This document shows positions 46,191-59,387 of a stretch of DNA of 64,000 bases, one piece after another. The stretch's first letter is position 1. Every line of letters starts with the position of its first letter. A program made the position numbers and the translations under genes. The DNA comes from Tubulanus polymorphus. Taxonomy: Eukaryota > Animalia > Nemertea. The stretch lies in the NCBI RefSeq assembly GCF_964204645.1, contig NC_134027.1:15098485-15162484 (forward strand), read 5' to 3'. Below the pieces are notes generated by a model that saw nothing but the letters and a program-made list of their open reading frames with translations, searched no databases and was not told the DNA's origin.

Positions 46191-48061
46191 AAATAATGAA
46201 CCTGTATGATTCAACTTTATTTGGATATGCATTTATATTCAAACATGCATTTATACGTATGAGAGATTTTGATGTGATTGTGTTGTGTGATTGTGTTGTG
46301 TGAATATGTTGTGTGATTGTTGTATGGCTGTGAAAACTGGGGTTCGGGATGGGTTTAGGGGCCAGTTTCTTACAAGCCTCGGCTTTTTACTGCTCCCTCC
46401 TCTCTATTTCTGTTATATATACTGTGAAATAAATCCATTTATTTATTCATTTATTCATTCACTTATATTGAAATATCTATTCGTGTATATCTGTGTATTA
46501 CCGGTAATAATGATTTTGCATTATATGTAACTGAAATTGTAAAGGAAAATAAAGATGATGATGATGATAGTAACACCGAGAAAATTAATTGTTGTCAATG
46601 AAACTGGAAAGAAACTCAGATTAACTTACTCTTAAAGTCTATCAATTTTATTTCGATATTGAAATTGTTCTGTAGATTTGGGCCCCGAGCACAGGGACTT
46701 ACTAAAGGATTTTGACCCCAGTATCCTAGGTTCCATTTGAGTTCTATGGAATAGTTTAACAATCAACCGCGTTGATCGAACGATTGGAAAATAGCTGAAA
46801 TTCCCTTAGCAACGGGAGCGAATTCATAATAACATTAACCATAGAAGTGTACACTTCTATGCGTTAACAAACGCGGCCGCCGCGCGTGCGGCGCGCAGGT
46901 TCGAATCCCGGAGAATTACGCTTTCGCGAGCGTAGTCAAATCCCAGCCGCAGCACTGAAATGCGTTTTTTTTTATCAAATTTAATGACCCTACAAACTGC
47001 GGCGAGAGTCGCGTTAGAGGTATAAACATTTCACGGCAGCGCGGTGGATCGGCACGGCGTCTCCTCTCGCTCGAGTACTGGAGCAACATCGCGTGAAAAT
47101 GCGTGCCGCTGAAATCGTTTTCACGTAGGTGGAAAAAGCCGCAGGAAAAAGCTAGCTGGAAACCGCTCGTGAAAACCAGCCTTTCGGCAAAAACATTTGT
47201 CCCCGCCCCTTATTCACCAAAAAAGGAATTTGGTACCGCTGGCCCCGTGCACTGCTTATTTTGAACCGTAGATTCCCGGTACTCCCGATACTGCTAATTC
47301 ATTTTTTTCTAGCAGAACATAATTTTCCGATTGATATGCGTTTCAACGCGTATTCGTTTTTTTTTCTCGTAGAAGGTAATTAAGAAATGCATTGTAATCT
47401 TCTCGTCTTCCTTTTATTTCAAAATGGAGCTAATTTCTAAATTAACCACCAGATCAAAATTCTTCAATATTGCAAAAACCTCTCTCAGTTTCCACCATAA
47501 AAATGTCATTGGTTACATTATGGTTTCACAAAGAGTTTAAAACCATTAGAAAATTCTTGACACTTTATCTATACCGAAATATACATCTTTTAAGCAGATA
47601 ATGGCACCGAGACCTAGTTTATAAGAAGTTTATTTCTCGCAAAAAGTAAAAAATTAAATTTCATTTGATCCGTTTCCTCATCATTTTCTAATCTTATAAG
47701 CCCACATTTCAGAAATGAATCAAACCTTAGAGTTACAGATTCATCTTCTTTCCGCCGACCCCTTGTGGCATTAATTTTCAATTTTCCAAGTTTTAACTAA
47801 GAATTGATTTAATTTCTTCATTTATCTAAGACTTTTGGTCCAAATCTACAGTACAATTTCAATATGAAATGAAATTGGAGCTGATTCTCTTTCAGTTTCA
47901 TTGACAACATTTAATGTGTTCCTTGTCGCTGACAATATTTTGAGTGTTTTCGTTACCCCTTACTTGAGGTTGTTTTCAAATAGCTATGATTGCTTATACT
48001 AACTATGAAAAATCTAGTCAAGCTGTGATAAGGCGTCTGTCACTTAGATTTCATATATTAC

Positions 48062-48138
48062 ATCCTTATACAGAGGCTTTAATCTTAATCTTTAATGACT
48101 TTATTTAAGATTAAGATTAAAGCCTCTGTATAAGGATA
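48062..48138. repeat. Short hairpin/mini-MITE
   Basis: ATCCTTATACAGAGGCTTTAATCTTAATCTT ... AAGATTAAGATTAAAGCCTCTGTATAAGGAT. Confidence 0.8.
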
Positions 48139-48174
48139 ATATTTCCTTGTAGAAATATACCTTGTCTTATCTAA

Positions 48175-48523
48175 AGGCGTTTTTATTTAAGCAACTCGAA
48201 CCAACACGGATCGAATCGTCCATTTATCTAAGCAACGCGTCTACAACGATTTGCCTAACAACGTCCATTTATTTAACCAAATCGCCAACGCGAGTACCCA
48301 ACGCGGCCAAATCGCTCATCGAAGCGCTTTGATTCGATTCGCTACGACAGTGGAGCGTTCGGTGATAGATCAAAAACAAAATGGCGGCTTTTTCAATCGC
48401 AGAAAATTTAGGTTCCGGTTGTGGAGAGTAGGGTCATATATTTAAGGCGATTCGATTTGTACCACGTGACAGTAATCGACAGAGCAAAGCGATTTTATAC
48501 GAGTTGCTTAAATAAAAACGCCT
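48175..48523. mobile_element. PIF/Harbinger-type MITE
   Basis: 24-bp TIR AGGCGTTTTTATTTAAGCAACTCG; TAA on both flanks. Confidence 0.82.
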
Positions 48524-50710
48524 TAAATGTACTACGTTACAGAGCAATAAAAATTTGAATTGAATTGCATTACCCTTCGGGTGGTCTACGGGTGCTCGAG
48601 AATTTATCAAAATGGAGGATGCAGGATAGGGCCGAATTTCCAGTTTTATGATAAGATATGGTGAGTTCGTTATTTTGACAATCGTTTCTCCGAAGAAGAG
48701 ACGATGGAGGTATTGTGTAAATGTTGCCGACCTATATCAATTAATCATTCGACGTTTTATTACCAACGAAACCGAATGTGGATGTTCCCAACACTGACAC
48801 ACACACCATCTCACTCACAAGACGCGGCTTGTCTCGCTCTTGTACTTGCAGTAGTAGGCCTACTGTCTGTCACACCTACTCTCCGTGCGACGTTTTGGTC
48901 CGTAATTTCGTTAATAATCGGTTTATCTACCTTTATTATGCATCAATTTGTTCAGTGAGGAATTTGCATTCAGAAATAAACAACAATTTTCACTTAAGTT
49001 GTTTTTGTTTTCATTTATGAGCGATAGTTTACTCAGCATACGCTCGCGTAATGCTGAAAAATCCGCTCCGCGGACGCTCGGAAACGTTACAGTGACGTCA
49101 TCACCTGCTCATTAGCATATCAAAATACAGTAGGTGGCGCCACGTGACGGGCCATAAAAGCCGTTTTTCAGCATTACGCGAGCGTATGCTAGGTAAACTA
49201 TCGCTGATAGAAGGAAACACAAACAAATTTATGCCAGTTCATGATTTATTTCTGAATGCAAATTCCTTACTGAACAAATTGATGCATAATATTTACAGAT
49301 CAACCGATTATTAACGAAATTACGAACCAAAACGTCGCACGAAGAGCATGTGTGACAGACAGTAGTCTATAATATGTAATAGATGAAATCTAAGTGACGG
49401 ACGCTTCGTCACTGCAGCTTGATTTAATTTTTCATACTAAGATTCACACGTATGGAGTGTAAGAAAAAACACTCAAAATAGCGTCAGTGACTAAAGGAAC
49501 ACCGAGAAAATTAATTGTTGTCAATGAAACTGGAAAGAAACTCTTACTAACTCTTACTAACTCTTAAAGTCTATCAATTTTATTTCGATATCGAAATTGT
49601 TCTGTAGATTTGGGCCCTGAGCATTAAATTATTGAAGAAATTAAATCAATTCTTATAGTTAAGGTTGGAAAAATGAAAACTAATGGCATATATATTTAAG
49701 TGGAGGGGGAAAGAAGATGAAACTTCAACTTTAAGGTTCGATTAATTTCTGTTATTAAAAATTTTGGCTTATATTTTGATTAGGAAAATTATGACGAACC
49801 TGTTCATTTGATCTGTAGATCAAATGAAATTCAATTTTCTATGAAAAAAACTTGACCCATTTCTTAACTAAATATAAACTGGTCTATTTGGCTACCCGGG
49901 GTAGGTCGGTTTACCACTGCAAAAAAGATTACTATTTCGATTTAGATTGTATCAGGAATTTTTTAATGGTTTAAACCACTTTGTAAAACCAGAAATGTAG
50001 GGTAACTCCACGTAATTTCGGAAATGTACTGAAAAACCGACATTATGGTGAAACTGAGACGGTTTGTAAGATTGATGAATTTGACCTGGTGTTAATTTAG
50101 AAATTAGCTCCATTTGAGTAAAGGAAGACGAGAAAAAATGAAAGACACGTTGAAACGCATCAATCGCATAATTTTTTTCTGCCAGAAAAAAAATCTAATA
50201 AATTATCAGCAGTAAAATTCAAATGTCAATACAAAAATTGATTTCTCTCGCGAAAAATATTTATTTGTTTCTGATCTTCCGGAAATCTACGGCTCAAAAT
50301 TGATAGTGCACGTGGCCAGCGGTACCGAATTCCTTATTTGGTGAAAGAAGGGGCGGAGACTAATGTTTTTGCCGACCGCGATGTCGCTGCTCCTCGGGAG
50401 CGAAAACGTGCTGCCGATCCGCCGCGATGCCTTGAAATGTTAAGCAAATCGTGACAACGCGACTCATCGCAGTTTTAGGGTCATTAAACTTTATAAATGA
50501 TTACATAATTCAGCGCTGCGGCTGGGGTTGACTGTCGTCGTGTGGGGTTGATCGGCGTCCGTCTATTAAACATCTGCAGTTTAGGGGAAAAGTCAAAGAA
50601 GTTAAGCTAATCCTCCAATATAACAGTAACTTTGTTTGACAAGATGACCATATAGTCCGAGATAGATGCATTTTACTCTTCCACTCATTGAGTGCTTAAG
50701 AACACCACAT

Positions 50711-50855
50711 GGGCTTGTATCAGAGTTGTAGGTAATGTAAAACGATAATCTGTTAATCCAATGTATATAGTATATATAAGTTATTTTATATATACTATAT
50801 ACATTGGATTAACAGATTATCGTTTTTACATTACCTACAACTCTGATACGAGCCC
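50711..50855. mobile_element. Near-perfect 145-bp hairpin MITE
   Basis: GGGCTTGTATCAGAGTTGTAGGTAATG...CATTACCTACAACTCTGATACGAGCCC. Confidence 0.8.
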
Positions 50856-51377
50856 CTGCCCTGTGCTTGAGAAGAAGGGCTTGTCACAATGATGTCGGAC
50901 TGGCTCTTGAATATGGGCTTTGACCTTGTTGGTTTGTTGATAAATAGGGCCAACTCTATTTGGTATGTTCATATTCCCCCGGGGCGCCACTATCGATTGT
51001 GACGACCATTATTGATTAGGAAAAGTGTGATGCGCGTTTTTACTATGTGTTTTGACATCGCCTAGTAAAATCATTCATAAAACCTGTCTATCAATGCAAA
51101 TGAGCTAAAATCTTTTGGAATCAACCAATAAGATAGATCTTCATCACTTGGGGGTTGGTTTAGTGTAGGCCCTATAAATCCGCATTTTAGTCGAAGAAAA
51201 TAGAAATCGAAAAATAACCTTTTTTCAAGAGCAAAATTCGTCAGCTTAGGTCCCCGAATAAGCGACGAATATCAGGAATCGGAAGGTTTAGGATCTTAAA
51301 ATTCAAATACTGAAGACCGCATGATTTTATTTTGCGTCGGGGCTGAGCGATCACTGCCGGAAAAGTTGATGTCTAAT

Positions 51378-52734
51378 CATGGTTCCTACAGCCCCTCAAA
51401 TCCCTCAAAAACCCCTCAAATTCCAAAATCCATTTTTGAGGGTACAAAATCCCTCAAATTCTGAGTTTTAGCCCTTGGTCCCTCAAAATCCCCTCAAATT
51501 CTGACAATTATATCTCTCAGAGAATTTTGTATCACCTATTTCTAAAGTACCTTTCTTCAAACATTCAATGTAGGCCTAGGCCCCTAAATCATGAATTGTG
51601 AGACATAGTGAATTATACATTGTGTTGTTTGATGATAATCACAGCAGATCATTGTTTAATTACTGTGTACACAATGGATTTGCATTTTATACTGCAATTG
51701 TCTTGTTGGGCAGATTAGTTTAAACAATGGTCATATGGGCTATGGGCCTTGTTATCATGATCCCCAAGTGTCCAGACTAACTTTCTCAATCATTTTGGAA
51801 GGCTTGATTATTTGATTGCAAAGAATCAATTAGACATATTTATCAAGGAGTTTAGCAACAGTTACTTGAAGTTCCTAGTTGAGCTGGGACCCAGTTCCAC
51901 AGCTGTGAGTTAGCCTATAGGCCTAGAGTTAACTCTTGAGTTAGAGTTAGATTATTTTCATTGAGTTAAATCATAGTCAAATCTTAACTCCGAACTGTAG
52001 AACTGGACCCTGAATGTAAAAGTCATTCAAAATGCCAAAATCAAATGTTCAGTTTGTGACAGAAAGTTGGCAGCTAATCATAGAAAGAAGGCACTTCAGT
52101 GGTGTGTGGCCTCCTACCGTAGATGATTTCTTTCACTCAAAACAAAGTCCACAGGAAATTGAATTTAGTGTCGAATACAGCGGCGGATCCAAAAAATTAG
52201 CGAGGACTTAAGGGGGTGCACCCCCTTAAGTCCTCGCTAATTTTTTATGGACTGACCTTTTTTGTGAGAACGAAGACAAGCATGTGAAAATCCCTGAAAA
52301 TGCGTAAACTGATGTCGTCGTTCACAATTACTAGCGCTTTTTACGGCAGTCCTACATCGTTCATGAAAGTTGTTAAATTCACTATTCAAATTGTGAGTTA
52401 AATTGTACTCTGATCATGCCCATATCGCATCTCCGCGCGTCTAATTTTTAAAAATTTTCCAGACCCCCCTATTTGGATTTGTGCACCCCCTCCATGGAAT
52501 CCTGAATCCACCGCTGGTCAAAATAGTTGAATTTAATAAGGTTATTCATAGGTGCCTAAATGTATTTTTTGCTTCGTGGTATGGGCTGATAAGTATTCTA
52601 CTGGTACTGTTTTATGTATCAATTAGGTTTTCGTCGTGAAAAATGACCCTCAAATTTGGTGATCATACCCTCATAGCCCCTAAGCCCCTCAAATACCCCT
52701 CAAATTTCATATCGATAGTCCTGTAGGAGCCCAT
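51378..52734. mobile_element. Non-autonomous hAT-like element with CCCTCAAA subterminal repeats and nested MITEs
   Basis: TIR-like GGTTCCTACAG/CTGTAGGAGCC; 8-bp TSD TGTCTAAT/TGTCCAAT. Confidence 0.7.
52178..52516. mobile_element. hAT-like MITE with an internal perfect hairpin
   Basis: TIR CAGCGGCGGATCCA/TGAATCCACCGCTG; imperfect 8-bp TSD; hairpin AAAAAATTAGCGAGGACTTAAGGGGG TGCA CCCCCTTAAGTCCTCGCTAATTTTTT. Confidence 0.68.
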
Positions 52735-53201
52735 TGTCCAATGCAAGCCCTTCATTTAGGCCCTATTGATAAAGTAGACTCCTCTCTCTGAATCCTATTC
52801 AGTCGAAAATCCGATCAACTTGGCATATGTTGAAATTTTTTTTCTGTCTCCTATGTTAAACCATACATTAAAATTCACTATAGGCCTACTCGGAATTGAT
52901 CAACTCGAACTATTTTTGACCAAAACTACGTTCAAACTTCTCTCGACTTGAATATCTGCATGACCTCCCGGGGGCAAACATAATTATTGATCAAAAATAT
53001 GCATGTGTTTACTGCTATAATTAGTAGGTTACCGTAGAACGATCTGCGCTACAATTAAGACGATACATTACATCGCTCACAAAGACATTCAGTCATCCAG
53101 TACGTACATAAACACACTAACTCCAGCACGTTTATTTCTACTTTTTCACGCCAAAATAATACACAGTACATGTAATTCTAGCTGCTGGTTATGAACGTTC
53201 A

Positions 53202-54641
53202 TTTTTAGCCCACTTGGGACTTTAGTCCCAGCAGGCTATTGCGTTCATTTTTCATCTGTCATCCGTCCCTCCGTTCGTCCGTCGTAGCGTTTGTCCGTCC
53301 GTAGACGAAATCCAGTTATTTTGGGAGGTTTTGAAGACGCTTCAAGGTAATGTCTTGATATTTGGTTTATACATGTATCTACCCTCGATACATCTTCAGG
53401 CCAAAAACTGGCCCTGTCAGATTCAAGATGGCCGACTGGCAGCCATTGTTGTTCCCCAAAATCAGCACGTTTTACACATTTTCGAAGTTTTCGAGGGAAA
53501 TTTTGAAGATGCTTTTATCAATTACATTGATTATTTGTATATTTGAATCCCCCAAGGGCCCATCAACATAAGAAAAATTGGGTCGATCAGAATCAAGATG
53601 GCCGTCCTATGACATTTTTAGTGGCCAAAAATGTAAATTTTGGCCCAAATTCTGAGTCCTGTAGCTTCCTACAGGTTTGCCATTTCTCATTGCAATTTGT
53701 GATGGGTATTCTTTGAAAAGGGATGTTTAATACCTGAGACATGTATTTTTGATCAGCCAATTATGGCGCAATTGGCAGCCATCTTGGCATCATCAGTGCT
53801 CATTCGTAGGAAAAAGTTTTTCCACATTATATTGATACCTAAGCATATTGTGTTACCACAATGTATTGAAAAGTTGTAGCTCATAACGTTTTCTATGATT
53901 TTGGTGAGTTTCAAGGTCATTGCTTTTTATATATGGCCACCAGGGGCATTGAATAATACAATAACTTTGTATTTCTATATTATATTAGTACCTACGCATT
54001 TTTTGTTAACAGAATCAATTGCAAAGTTGTAGCTCATGACATCGTCTATGATTGTGGTGAGTTTCAAGGACATAAGTTATTCTATATGGTCACCAGGGGG
54101 CGTTGAATAGTAGAAGAACTTGGTATTTCCTTATTAGATTGGTACCTAGGGATATTTTGTTACCATGATCAATTGCAAAGTTGTAGTTCATGGCATGTTC
54201 TATGATTGTGGTGAGTTTCAAGGTCATTGGGTTTTGCATATGGTCACCAGGGGGCGTTGAATAGTAGAATAATTTAGTATTTCCTTATTAGATTGGTACG
54301 TAGGGCTATTTTGTTACCATGATCCATTGCATAGTTGTAGTTCATGACATGTTCTATGATTGTGGTGAGTTTCAAGGTCATTGGGTTTTCATATGGTCAC
54401 CAGGGGGCGTTGAATAATACAATAACTTAGTATTTCTATATTGTATTTGTACCTACGCATATTTGGTTACCACAATCAATTGGAAAGTTGTAGTTCATGA
54501 CATGTTCTAAGATTGTGGTGAGTTTCAAGGTCATTGGTTTTTGTTTATGGTCACCAGGGGGCATTGAATATTGAAATCGTTAGATTGTTGAGTATTTGAA
54601 ACCACTTCCCAAGTGGGCATGGTGTCCCTGGACCCCTAGTT
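53202..54641 (+). mobile_element. Helentron-associated non-autonomous element (HINE/DINE-like), copy 1
   Basis: 5' TTTTTAGCCCACTTGGGA, subterminal inverted TCCCAAGTGGGC, 3' CCCCTAGTT, (CGTC)n microsatellite, five ~153-bp internal tandem units. Confidence 0.8.
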
Positions 54642-55185
54642 AAGTCTAAGCGCAGCATATTAAAATGACTCGAAACGTAAGAGTAACCTTTTGAACATCT
54701 CCGCGGTAACTGCTGCGAATTGAACGCTGAAATTTCTCATGAATAACCAGTGGGTGGGCGAGCAGAGAGTTATTGTGGCAGATTTTTGATAAATGCCCTC
54801 ATTTTTGTGGGCTGGGGTGTGGGAATTTTTGTATGGCTCAGATCAATTAATGAGTCACTAGCACTAGTGGCGCCACGTTTAGTGTACTATCGGAGATGTC
54901 TAAAACTAAAAAGAGACAATATTGATTAGGTTTGTCAGTTTTATGGATAATCTATTAAAATATAAATCTATCCAACGTATTTGAAATTTTTATACTAATT
55001 CTTTGCAAGCCAGTAGTTATATTGATGAAAAAACTTTACTTTTGATGTGCGGACGATTGCTGCACTGTACTAATTTGCATAATCAAACACCAATCATAAA
55101 CACCAGATTTCTTAAGGATATAAACATAAAATGTATGGCTTCAATAACGCCTTTAGCGCTGCAGGCTCAGGTTTGACTAGGCCTA

Positions 55186-55640
55186 TATCGTATCACTCGC
55201 AACCACCTTTTGATGGCTAGGTCTAGTTCCTATCCATCGATTCTGCTGCCCTCTATATATAGTAAAATATACTAATATAGGGTTAGGGTTCTATGTTAGG
55301 GTCAGAAAACACCTCAAGAGGGTGAGAAAAGGGTCCAGGGGGTTAGGGTTAGGGTCCGTTTTACCCCTAGGGTTAGGGTGAGGTGAGGCTATATGTAGTT
55401 AAAACAATCGGTGGGATTTCGTCGTTGCTCGGTGGTCTAGTGGGGAGACATTATGCTAGCAATCTACTGACTCGGGTTCGAGACTCACTCTATGCACTCT
55501 ATTTTCTCTTAATCATCTTTCCACTTTGGTTGAATTTTCTAAGTCTTACACCTCTGTGCGCATGCGTTAGAGGCACTGAATTGGAATTAGACCTAAGCCC
55601 CCACTAGCCTACTAAAGGTGGTTGTGAGTGATACGATATA
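55186..55640. mobile_element. TA-flanked MITE containing TTAGGG-like repeats and a tRNA-like A/B-box segment
   Basis: TIR TATCGTATCACTCGCAACCACCTTT/AAAGGTGGTTGTGAGTGATACGATA; TGGTCTAGTGG...GGTTCGAGACTC at ~55433-55486. Confidence 0.65.
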
Positions 55641-56418
55641 GTCATACCCTGCAGGCTCTGCGGTTTATGACCGTGCCTGCTCTCTAGATGTTTATCCGGC
55701 AACTGGCGCTGGCTGGCTGGTCGAACCTCAAGGTTGATGCCTTGAGCTGGACAAACTAGAGACGCTTGCCTATGCAATTTCTAATGGCAGGGAATATTGT
55801 CTTGATACGAATGGTAGCAAGTAGTGCGTCATGAATACAACAACTGGGTGGATATTGTGACCAATTAGATACGAGAAATAAAAAGAGTTACCCGATTGTA
55901 AGTCAAGCCGGGCACAAAATGTTTTTCTGATGAAAACATGAAGGACTAAAAGAATTTTTTTGAATTTAATGAATTTTGCAGAATGGGGGAGGGAGAATCT
56001 GTACTGAAAGTCTTTTTAAAATGTCTTGGCTATGCAAAGTACTTCACCTGATGCTTAGACTTCACAAGGCCCGTGGGCCTCTAGTTCATCACACCAAGTA
56101 AAATTTTTGGCGGTAAAAAAATGAGACAAAACACGCTTTATTTTAAAGGAATGTTTTTGGAATTTAGCGTCTAACACACACAAATGAACCATGTAGAATT
56201 GATACTGAATCGTTCATTGAGGTTTATTTTCTTAATAATTTTTGGCCAATTTCGTAAAAATCCCAACTCAAATTCCACTTAACTCGTTGATTTTGTTCTG
56301 GTCCCGATGAATTTGAGGCCTACTATAGGCCTAAAGAAAGGCAGTGGATATTTTACCGTACACAGCAGGGGCCGGTTTTATAGACTGGATTAACTTTAAC
56401 CTGGGGGTTAATTCGCTT

Positions 56419-57108
56419 AACTAGGTGTCCAGGGACACCATGCCCACTTGGGAAGTGGTTTCAAATGCTCAACAATCTAACAATTTCAATATTCAACGCC
56501 CCTGGTGACCATATACAAAAAGCAACGACCTTGAAACTCACCACAATCATTGAACATGTCAGCAGCTACGATTTTGTAATTCATTGTGATAACAAAATAT
56601 GCCCTGTTACCAATATAATGGGAAATACTAAGTTATTCTACTAGTCAATGCCCCCTGGTGACCATATTCAAAACCCAATGACCTTGAAACTCACCTCAAT
56701 CATTGAACATGTCATGAACTACAACTTTGCCATCTATCATGGTAACAAAATATGCCTAGGTACCAAGATAGGCTAATAAGGAAATACTAAGTTAATCTAC
56801 TATTCAACGCCCCCTGGTGACCATATAGAATAACTAATGTCCTTAAAACCCCACAATCATAGACGATGTCATGAGCTACTCCTTAGCAATTGATTGTGGT
56901 AACAAAATATGCATTGGTACAAATATAATATAGGAATTCTAAGATATTGTATTATTCAACGCCCCCTGGTGGCCATATACAAAACCAATGACCTTGAAAC
57001 TCACCACAATCATAAAATGCATTATAAGCTACAACTTTCTAATTCAAAAAATTTTTCCCAGCTACGAATGAGTACTGATAATTCCAAGATGGCCACCAAT
57101 TGCGTCAT
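56419..57108 (-). mobile_element. HINE copy 2, 3' half, inverted
   Basis: Reverse complement of ~53760-54641. Confidence 0.82.
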
Positions 57109-57676
57109 GGGGATCCGGCACACCAGCTATCCCGTCAGAGGGCGCGCGATAGTACGACTCACAAACCCGGAAGTGTCTGACACTTCAATAGAAATCGTAC
57201 AGAATAAATTTAAAAAGGTGTCAATAGCTCGAAATTCTTCAATGCCAGGCCATTGTTGTGTACCCACATGCGTCGAAAAAGATGGTCATCGTTTTCCAAA
57301 GGACAAAGAACTAAAAAAACGGTGGATTCAAGCTGTGAAAAGGGGTGAGCCTGGTTGGCTACCGAAAGCATGGACAACCATGTGTAAGTCCCATTTCGAC
57401 GAAGGCAATTACATCTTGCAAACTAAAGAAAGTAAGTTAAAAGAACCATTACACATGTTTCAATGTGAATACTGAATTGCCTGTATCTAAACTGCTTTTC
57501 TTATTTGCTTATTTAGTTTAAAAAGCAATCCAGCTCTTGCTCCGATGTATGATGATAGGCCTACTCTAGATTCTAGAACAAAACCGTACACTTTAACCCT
57601 CAGAAATCGATAGATGTGAGTGCAACGCCGGTACACTATTAACCGCTGTTGCAACATGCATCACCGCTTGAAATAC

Positions 57677-58951
57677 TTTTTAGCCCACTTGGGACTTTAG
57701 TCCCAGCGGGCTATTGCGTTCACTTTTCGTCCGTCGTCCGTCCATCCGTAGACCGAATCCAGTTATTTTGGGAAGTTTTGAAGACACTTTAAGGTAATGT
57801 CTTGATATTTAGGTCATGCATGTATCTACCCTAGACACATCTTCAGCCCTAAAACTGGCCCTGTCAGATTCAAGATGGCCGACTGGCAGTCATTGTTGTT
57901 CGCCAAAATCAGCACTTTTAACACATTTTTGAACTTTTTGAGGGAAATTTTTTGAAGACGCTTAAATCAATAACCTTTATCTGTTGTATATATTTCAATC
58001 CTCCAAGGCCCCATCACATTAAGAAAAATTGGGTCGATCGGACTCAATATGGCCGGCCTATGACCTTTTTAGTGCTCAAATATTTAAATTTTGGCCCGAA
58101 TTCCGAGTCCTGTAGTTTCCTACTGGTATGTCATTTCTGATTGCAATTTGTGATGAGTATTCTTTGAAAAGGGATCTTTTATACCCGCGACAGGTATTTT
58201 TGATCAGGCAATTATGATGCAATTGGCGGCCATCTTGGTGTCATCAGTACTCACTCGTAGGTGGAAAAAGGTTTTCCCACATTATATTGATACTTAAGCA
58301 TATTTTGTTACCACAATCAATTGCAAAGTTGTAGCTCATGACATGTTCTATGATTGTGATGAGTTTCAAGCCCATCGGTTTTTGTATATGTCCACCAGGG
58401 GGCGTTGAACAATATGATAACTTAGTATTTCTATATGATATTCGTGTCTATGCATATTTTGCTACTAAAATCAATTTGAAAGTTGTAGCTCATGACATGG
58501 TCTATGATTGTGGTAAGTTTCAAGGACATGAATTATTCTATATGGTCACTAGCGGGCGTTGAATAGTAGAATAACTTAGTATTTCCTTATTTTATTGGCA
58601 CCTAGGCATATTTTGTTACCATGATCAATTGCAAAGTTGTAGCTGATGACATGTTCTATGATGATGGTGAGTGTCAATGTCATTGGGCTTCGCATATGGT
58701 CACTAGGGGGCGTTGAATAGTAGAATTACTTAGTATTTTCATATCATTGGCCCTATTGGTACCTAGGCATATTTTGTTACCACAATCAATTACAAAATTG
58801 TAGCTGCTGAAATGTACTATGATTGTGGTGAGTTTCAAGGTCATTAGAATTTTTGAAGGTCATTGGATGGGCATTGAATATTGAAATTGTTAGATTGTTG
58901 AGCATCTGAAACCACTTCCCAAGTGGGCATGGTGTCCCTGGACCCCTAGTT
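57677..58951 (+). mobile_element. HINE copy 3
   Basis: Same termini and internal tandem array as copy 1. Confidence 0.85.
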
Positions 58952-58986
58952 TGCTATTAATTTATTCATTCTAAAAAGGCAAATAA

Positions 58987-59387
58987 GGCCACGCAAAAAA
59001 TACCCTTGTTTCTCGTCAGCCCTTTTTGGAAAAGTGACGAGGGTGGCAGGTCTTTATTTTTACCTCTCTTTAGAAAAAAGGAGAAATAAAAAAGTAATAT
59101 TCCAAATTCCAAAAGTGATGAGGGCAACTATTTTTCAAATGGGGAAAATATAGGCTGAAATACTGAAATACCTGCCACCATGAAGAAAAACATGAACAAG
59201 TGTGATTAGGTTGATTATCAGGATAGGTTGTTTATCAAGGAATGTTTAACTTATTCAAAAAAATGGGAACAAAAACTGATTTCTGCATGTGCGATGCGCA
59301 TTTTATTTTTGATTTTTACTGACAAACTATTTTTTGATGAGCGCAGAAAATGAAATGATGAGAAACAAGCAATTTTTTTGCATGGCC
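58987..59387. mobile_element. PIF/Harbinger-type MITE
   Basis: TIR GGCCACGCAAAAAA...TTGTTTCTC / GAGAAACAA...TTTTTTGCATGGCC; TAA on both flanks. Confidence 0.72.

Larger units (their letters stand above)
41700..46569 (+). mobile_element. Near full-length CR1-group (L2/Crack/Daphne-like) LINE; 5' boundary approximate
   Basis: ORF1 followed by APE-RT ORF2; 3' UTR ending AATAAA(GAT)n. Confidence 0.88.
46935..50533. mobile_element. Long foldback element (~1.3-kb diverged arms, ~100-bp central spacer); left arm interrupted by insertions at ~48060-48860
   Basis: Inverted pairs 46935-47060/50410-50533, 47185-47255/50305-50375 and 48860-49060/49163-49365. Confidence 0.8.

Noticed and set aside
46865-46915. 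tRNA gene suggested by GGTTCGAATCCC
   Set aside because: Only a B-box; no convincing A-box or cloverleaf.
55279-55380. Telomere or chromosome-fusion site
   Set aside because: Only a few interrupted TTAGGG units, inside a TIR-bounded element.
56909-57475. 188-aa ORF as a host THAP gene
   Set aside because: The N-terminal part is read-through from HINE repeat sequence; the THAP exon starts at 57242 and is linked to a decayed transposase.
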